From the NCBI GenBank assembly GCA_031323845.1, contig JAVIYP010000003.1, positions 11,007 through 75,006 on the forward strand: a stretch of DNA of 64,000 nt, read 5' to 3'. How positions within the stretch are numbered: the first letter of the stretch is position 1; every line of letters starts with the position of its first letter. The notes below the pieces were generated by a model. It saw only the letters and a list, made by a program, of their open reading frames with translations, ran no database searches and had not been told where the DNA came from. The translations under genes were made by a program, and so were the position numbers. Of this stretch, positions 59,719 to 64,000 are shown one piece after another. This DNA comes from Bacteroidales bacterium (GTDB lineage Bacteria; Bacteroidota; Bacteroidia; Bacteroidales; UBA7960).

Positions 59719-60447
59719 CTAATAATTATGAAAAGGACACACAGCCTGGCTTCTGTCAAGAAACTTATAACTTAACGAGATGCCTGCAAAAGAATACCAG
59801 TCGTTGCGTTTTGGATTGCCCGGCATGGCCTTTTCAATAACATAATCAAGGTTATCACTCCGGGTACGTCGCATGCCCCACTCAATACCTGTTGTCAGCC
59901 TGCTTGACAGGTTAAGTTTGAAACCTGTCCCAAGGAGGTAACTGGCCGTGAATGCATCATAATCGTCCCTGCTATAATACAATGCCCCTGCTCCGCCAAA
60001 AATATAGGGGGTAAATCGTGTATCGGTGTTTCCCGGCAGAAAAGGCAGAAAATTGACCTCTCCCTGTATGGATGATTCGATCAGCAGCGTCTCAAAACTA
60101 TAGGAAAGGTCATCTATAATAAAACGACTGTTTTTCTGATTGCCCTCTATATGCCCCGCCAGCATGGTTAGCCTTGCGGCCAGATGCCGGTTGTGGCTGT
60201 ACCTTAGCATCACTCCGCCGGCAAGCCTATTGTCCTGGAACAAGTCACCAGGCGACATAAACTGCCTGAGATCTCCCGAATAAAATGATGATCCGGTAAG
60301 TATGCCGGCTTCGTATATCTGGCCTTTTGCCTCCGTTGTGTACAAAAACAAACAGGCAGACAGTATGCCCGTAATGAGCAGTTTTTTTAGCAAAACATCC
60401 ATAGTCGGTGCCGCAGAATAAGTCATGAAAATTACCTGGCGTGTCAT
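59719..60447 (-). CDS. Outer-membrane beta-barrel protein, DUF6089-like
   Basis: It has an alternating beta-strand pattern, a C-terminal aromatic strand, and the usual Bacteroidota position between nadK and uppS. The real start may be the internal MDVLLKKLLITGILSAC (ATG at 60402). Confidence 0.5.
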   Translation of the reverse strand: MTRQVIFMTYSAAPTMDVLLKKLLITGILSACLFLYTTEAKGQIYEAGILTGSSFYSGDLRQFMSPGDLFQDNRLAGGVMLRYSHNRHLAARLTMLAGHIEGNQKNSRFIIDDLSYSFETLLIESSIQGEVNFLPFLPGNTDTRFTPYIFGGAGALYYSRDDYDAFTASYLLGTGFKLNLSSRLTTGIEWGMRRTRSDNLDYVIEKAMPGNPKRNDWYSFAGISLSYKFLDRSQAVCPFHNY

Positions 60448-60483
60448 GTAGAATAACGTATGGAGCAGGGCTTTATTTTGTGG

Positions 60484-61362
60484 TTAATTCCTTTTGTCGA
60501 GACCCCAGGCAAGCTTGTTGCGAATGGTTTTGTAGAAGTCTTTACTGCCAATGCATACCAGGTTGATGGAGAAGGCTGCTCTCTTTATGACGAGTTCAGT
60601 GGTAGTGCTCAGCGGCCGCGACCGGGAGTCAAGAGAAACAAGATACTCCTGGGTTCTGCCCGAAATGCGCAGTTTAACAACACTGCTGTCGGGAATAACG
60701 ATGGGTCTGACGGTAAGGTTGTGTGTGGCAATCGGTGTGATGATGAAGTTACTGCTCTCGGGAGAAATTATCGGCCCGCCGCAACTCAGCGAATAGCCTG
60801 TTGATCCTGTAGGGGTGGCTACAATCAGTCCATCGGCCCAATAGGTGTTCAGGTAAAGGTCGTCAACGTAAGCTTTTATGGTGATCATGGTCGAATTGTC
60901 CCTTTTCAGCACCGAAAGTTCATTCAATGCATAATTGAAGTTCCCGAATAGATCGTCGGGTGAGGACAATTCGAGCATGGTCCGGGTCTCAATGCCAAAA
61001 TCGCCTGATATCAACGACTTTGCCGCCATGGCGATCTCATCCGTGGAAATGGCCGATAAAAACCCGAGCCTTCCGGTATTAATGCCCAGCACAGGAATGC
61101 CTGAATCCTGGAGCAGCGTTATGGTATCCAGTAAGGTACCGTCGCCTCCGATACTGATCATACAGAAAGTGTCCGTGTCGGGTCTTTTGTCGGGTGCAAT
61201 GGTTTTTACGGGCTTCCTGAAGTGAACATGCCCAAGAATGTGGTTGTAAAAACTTTCGTAGAAATGCAGTTCAGTGGCTTTTTCTTCCAGGATATTGATA
61301 AGAAGCCGGAAGTTATCCAGAAAATCAGGGTCAAATGCCCGGCCAAAAAAAGCGATTTTCAT
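60484..61362 (-). CDS. nadK: NAD kinase
   Basis: It has the GGDGT motif and the NadK-family C-terminal beta-sandwich. I chose the start at MKIAFFG (61362). The longer track ORF to 61719 overlaps rodA, and its extra residues look non-protein-like. Confidence 0.9.
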   Translation of the reverse strand: MKIAFFGRAFDPDFLDNFRLLINILEEKATELHFYESFYNHILGHVHFRKPVKTIAPDKRPDTDTFCMISIGGDGTLLDTITLLQDSGIPVLGINTGRLGFLSAISTDEIAMAAKSLISGDFGIETRTMLELSSPDDLFGNFNYALNELSVLKRDNSTMITIKAYVDDLYLNTYWADGLIVATPTGSTGYSLSCGGPIISPESSNFIITPIATHNLTVRPIVIPDSSVVKLRISGRTQEYLVSLDSRSRPLSTTTELVIKRAAFSINLVCIGSKDFYKTIRNKLAWGLDKRN

Positions 61363-61409
61363 GAAGTTTTTTTTTCGAAGGTATAAAAAAGGATTGACAG
61401 CAATACGTA

Positions 61410-62672
61410 TTATAACAAATCCAGCCTTTTGGCGTCCAGTTTCATAAAAGTAAACAGCATAAGGCTTACACCCCATAGCGAAGACCCACCGTAGCTGACC
61501 AACGGCAGTGGGATGCCGATCACAGGCACCAGCCCTATGGTCATGCCGATGTTGATGGCAAAATGAAAAAAGATAATAGAGGCAACGGAATACCCGAAAA
61601 CCCTGCTGAAAGTAGATTTTTGCCTTTCTGCAACAAAGATGATGCGCAGCAGCAGGAAGAGGTAGAGTCCTATGATGATGGTGCTGCCGACAAACCCCCA
61701 TTCTTCTCCAATGGTACAAAAGATAAAATCGGTGGTTTGCTCCGGAACAAAATTGAACTGGGTTTGTGTGCCCTGCAGAAAGCCTTTTCCGGTCAGTCCT
61801 CCTGATCCGATGGCAATTTTTGACTGATGGAGGTTGTAACCAACGCCCTGGAGGTCAAATCCTTTGTGCAACAGCACCTCAATCCTCGCCTTGTGGTGGG
61901 GCTCTAAAATGTTTTCCATCGTGTAATCAACGGAATATACGTAAAATGCCATAACAAAGAACAACAACGTCAACTGTAGCAAAGCCTTTACTTTTTTCCT
62001 GAGGAAGTATCCGATGATCAGCATCACTGCGGCTAAGGCTCCGATGATAAGGAATTCGTTGACGATCAACGTCAGCACAAACAGAGTGATGGCAACACCT
62101 GCAAAGAAAAGCACAAGTCCCCCGATATACCCTTCGCGGAACAGGACAAAGGAAAAAGAGGCAAACACCAGGGTGGTGCCAACATCCTTCTGAAGCAGCA
62201 CCATAGCGGCCGGTATGAGTATAATGGCAAATGCCCTGACTTTTCTTCCGATGCCGGTTTTTGTACTTTTTGTTTTATTCAGGAATGCAGCCAGGGCCAG
62301 AGCCGTACCATATTTGGCCAGCTCAGATGGCTGGAAGCTCAGACTGCCGACCCTGAACCATGCTTTTGTTGCATTGATCTCGACTCCAACAAACAAAACG
62401 GCTACCAACAACAACAAACAGAAACCATAGATAACCCACGAGACCCCTGTAAAGAACCTCACATCCATAATGAACACGGCCAGTCCAATAACAAGCGATG
62501 TGCCGATAAAGATAAGTTGTTTCCCGTAGCTCGTACTGAGGTCAAAAATGTTTCTGTTCACCTCGTTGTATTCCGCGGCATAGATGTTCAGCCATCCAAT
62601 GAAGACCAACACCAGATAAAGCAGCAGCAGCCCCTTATCGGTATTTTTGAATGTATTTTGGTTGGTTGTCAT
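61410..62672 (-). CDS. rodA: Rod shape-determining protein RodA (SEDS family)
   Basis: It has a 10-TM SEDS layout and the C-terminal GIPLPLVSYGGSS motif. Its ATG overlaps the mrdA stop (ATGA). Confidence 0.9.
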   Translation of the reverse strand: MTTNQNTFKNTDKGLLLLYLVLVFIGWLNIYAAEYNEVNRNIFDLSTSYGKQLIFIGTSLVIGLAVFIMDVRFFTGVSWVIYGFCLLLLVAVLFVGVEINATKAWFRVGSLSFQPSELAKYGTALALAAFLNKTKSTKTGIGRKVRAFAIILIPAAMVLLQKDVGTTLVFASFSFVLFREGYIGGLVLFFAGVAITLFVLTLIVNEFLIIGALAAVMLIIGYFLRKKVKALLQLTLLFFVMAFYVYSVDYTMENILEPHHKARIEVLLHKGFDLQGVGYNLHQSKIAIGSGGLTGKGFLQGTQTQFNFVPEQTTDFIFCTIGEEWGFVGSTIIIGLYLFLLLRIIFVAERQKSTFSRVFGYSVASIIFFHFAINIGMTIGLVPVIGIPLPLVSYGGSSLWGVSLMLFTFMKLDAKRLDLL

Positions 62673-64000
62673 GGCTGTGCTGTCATAAAGCTGGCTTCAA
62701 GAACTCTTTGTTCAAACCACTGCCTGTTGATTTCTCTTGTAAGGTATTTCTCTATCATGAGGCTTGCGATAGGTGCTGCCCACACAGAACCGTATCCGGC
62801 GTTTTCCACGACCACGGATATGGCAATCCTGGGATCATCCACAGGAGCAAAAGCGACAAAAACACTGTGGTTTTCTCCGTGCGGATTTTGCACGGTCCCT
62901 GTTTTGCCGGCCATTTCTATGCCCTCTATGCGTGAAAATCGTGCCGTGCCGTCGGTCACCGCCAAATGCATGGCCTCCACCATGGTTTCGAAATGAGCCT
63001 TGTCAATATCGATGGTGTTTAACACTTTGATCTCCTCGTTGATGTTCTCGGGCCCGCCAATCGCAGTAACCATATGGGGAGTATAATAATAGCCCCTGTT
63101 TGCAATTGCGGCAGTCATGTTTGCAAGCTGCAAAGGTGTTACTCCCAGTTCACCCTGGCCGATGCCCAGTGAAAGAATGGTTTGAGAGCGCCATCCCCGT
63201 GGTCCGTAAATCCTGTCGTAATAATCTGAAGTGGCTACCAGTCCGGGAAGCTCGTGGGAGAGATCGCTGTTAAACCTCCGGCCCAGGCCAAAGCTCTGGA
63301 CATAGTCGCGCCAGCGTGTAAACGATGCCTGAATGTTTTCAAAGTGAGGCTGGTTGATGGTATTCTGAAAGATAATGCTGGAATAGGTGTTGCAGCTGTG
63401 CTGAATACCTGATAACGCATTCACGGGATTGGGATGCGGCCGGCATCTCACACTAATACCCCTGGTATGGTATATTCCTGAACAAGAATAGGATGTTGCC
63501 GGCGTAACCACACCTTCCTGCAGGGCAATAAGGGTGCTTATCAGTTTAAACACGGAGCCCGGCGGGTATTGCGCCATAAGCGCCCTGTTAAACAAGGGCT
63601 TCAGTGTGTCGTTTTGTAAAGCACGATAGTTGCGTGTTCTTTGGCGTCCGACCAGCAAACCGGGATCAAAAGAGGGTGATGACACCAGCGCAAGCACTTC
63701 TCCTGTGGCAGGTTCTATGGCTACGATGCTGCCGCGTTTGTTCTGCATCAGCGTTTCGCCGTATATCTGTAAAGCTGCATCGAGACTGGTGTGCAGGTTG
63801 TTGCCCGGGATGGCAAGGGTGTCGTAACGGCCATCCTGAAAAGATCCGATGTCGCGGTTTAAAAAATCCACCATCCATATGCGTAACCCTTTATGCCCCC
63901 TTAACTCTTCCTCATATGCCTTTTCGAGGCCGCTGATGCCAATGTAGTCGCCCTGGCGGTAATAAGGGTTGTTCTGAATGACAGCCGGCCCAACTTCACC
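62669..64000 (-). CDS. mrdA: Penicillin-binding protein 2 (transpeptidase), N-terminus outside the window
   Basis: It has SVFK (the SxxK motif) and KTGT. The frame stays open from 63875 to nt 64000, reading ...GISGLEKAYEEELRGHKGLRIWMVD, so the gene continues beyond the window. Confidence 0.9.
   Translation of the reverse strand, partial: GEVGPAVIQNNPYYRQGDYIGISGLEKAYEEELRGHKGLRIWMVDFLNRDIGSFQDGRYDTLAIPGNNLHTSLDAALQIYGETLMQNKRGSIVAIEPATGEVLALVSSPSFDPGLLVGRQRTRNYRALQNDTLKPLFNRALMAQYPPGSVFKLISTLIALQEGVVTPATSYSCSGIYHTRGISVRCRPHPNPVNALSGIQHSCNTYSSIIFQNTINQPHFENIQASFTRWRDYVQSFGLGRRFNSDLSHELPGLVATSDYYDRIYGPRGWRSQTILSLGIGQGELGVTPLQLANMTAAIANRGYYYTPHMVTAIGGPENINEEIKVLNTIDIDKAHFETMVEAMHLAVTDGTARFSRIEGIEMAGKTGTVQNPHGENHSVFVAFAPVDDPRIAISVVVENAGYGSVWAAPIASLMIEKYLTREINRQWFEQRVLEASFMTAQP

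Noticed and set aside
60484-61719. A 411-aa ORF that extends nadK upstream.
   Set aside because: The extra 119 N-terminal residues (His/Arg/Cys-rich) overlap the 3' part of rodA on the same strand in another frame. NAD kinase homology starts at MKIAFFG (61362).

Overview
This 64-kb segment reads as a Bacteroidota chromosome. Evidence: TAnnTTTG -7 promoter boxes in front of many genes, short leaders without Shine-Dalgarno sites, a BamA-Skp-UppS block, DUF4159/DUF4168/DUF6089/DUF1015 genes, and L31 type B. I call about 50 protein-coding genes, and almost all are housekeeping. They include ligA (5' cut by the window), lolD, rpsA, lon, rpmE2, serA-serC, rsmE, pdxB, queD-folE, fabD, mutS, nadK and rodA-mrdA (mrdA cut by the window end). 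There is also a surface-sugar block (rfbB, galE, and WbpA/WbpD/WbpE-like genes), waaA, a likely PPi-dependent phosphofructokinase and msrA. I found no rRNA, tRNA, CRISPR array, transposase, integrase or phage module. I cannot point to a classical defence, toxin or biosynthetic cluster. Two things are unusual. (1) A family of mosaic intergenic elements is built from ordered blocks of 7- or 8-nt imperfect tandem repeats (GCAGATGT, TTTTCAC, CTTTTGG, AAACGATT, TTCTGAC). I saw at least five copies or fragments in both orientations, with different unit numbers. They abut or overlap stop codons, and a ~65-nt promoter-bearing module is shared by two unrelated genes. (2) A 1011-aa orphan protein has a C-terminal Orc1/Cdc6-like AAA+ module in which both catalytic residues are replaced, followed by a winged helix. 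It sits just upstream of an MscS channel gene, downstream of an MFS gene. Lesser points: a DUF1338-YdiJ-like pair, DUF1015 next to serA-serC, an S1 protein with long low-complexity tails, tandem TlpA-like lipoprotein paralogs, and a 422-bp ORF-free gap. All calls come from reading the sequence and ORF track by eye; no searches were run.
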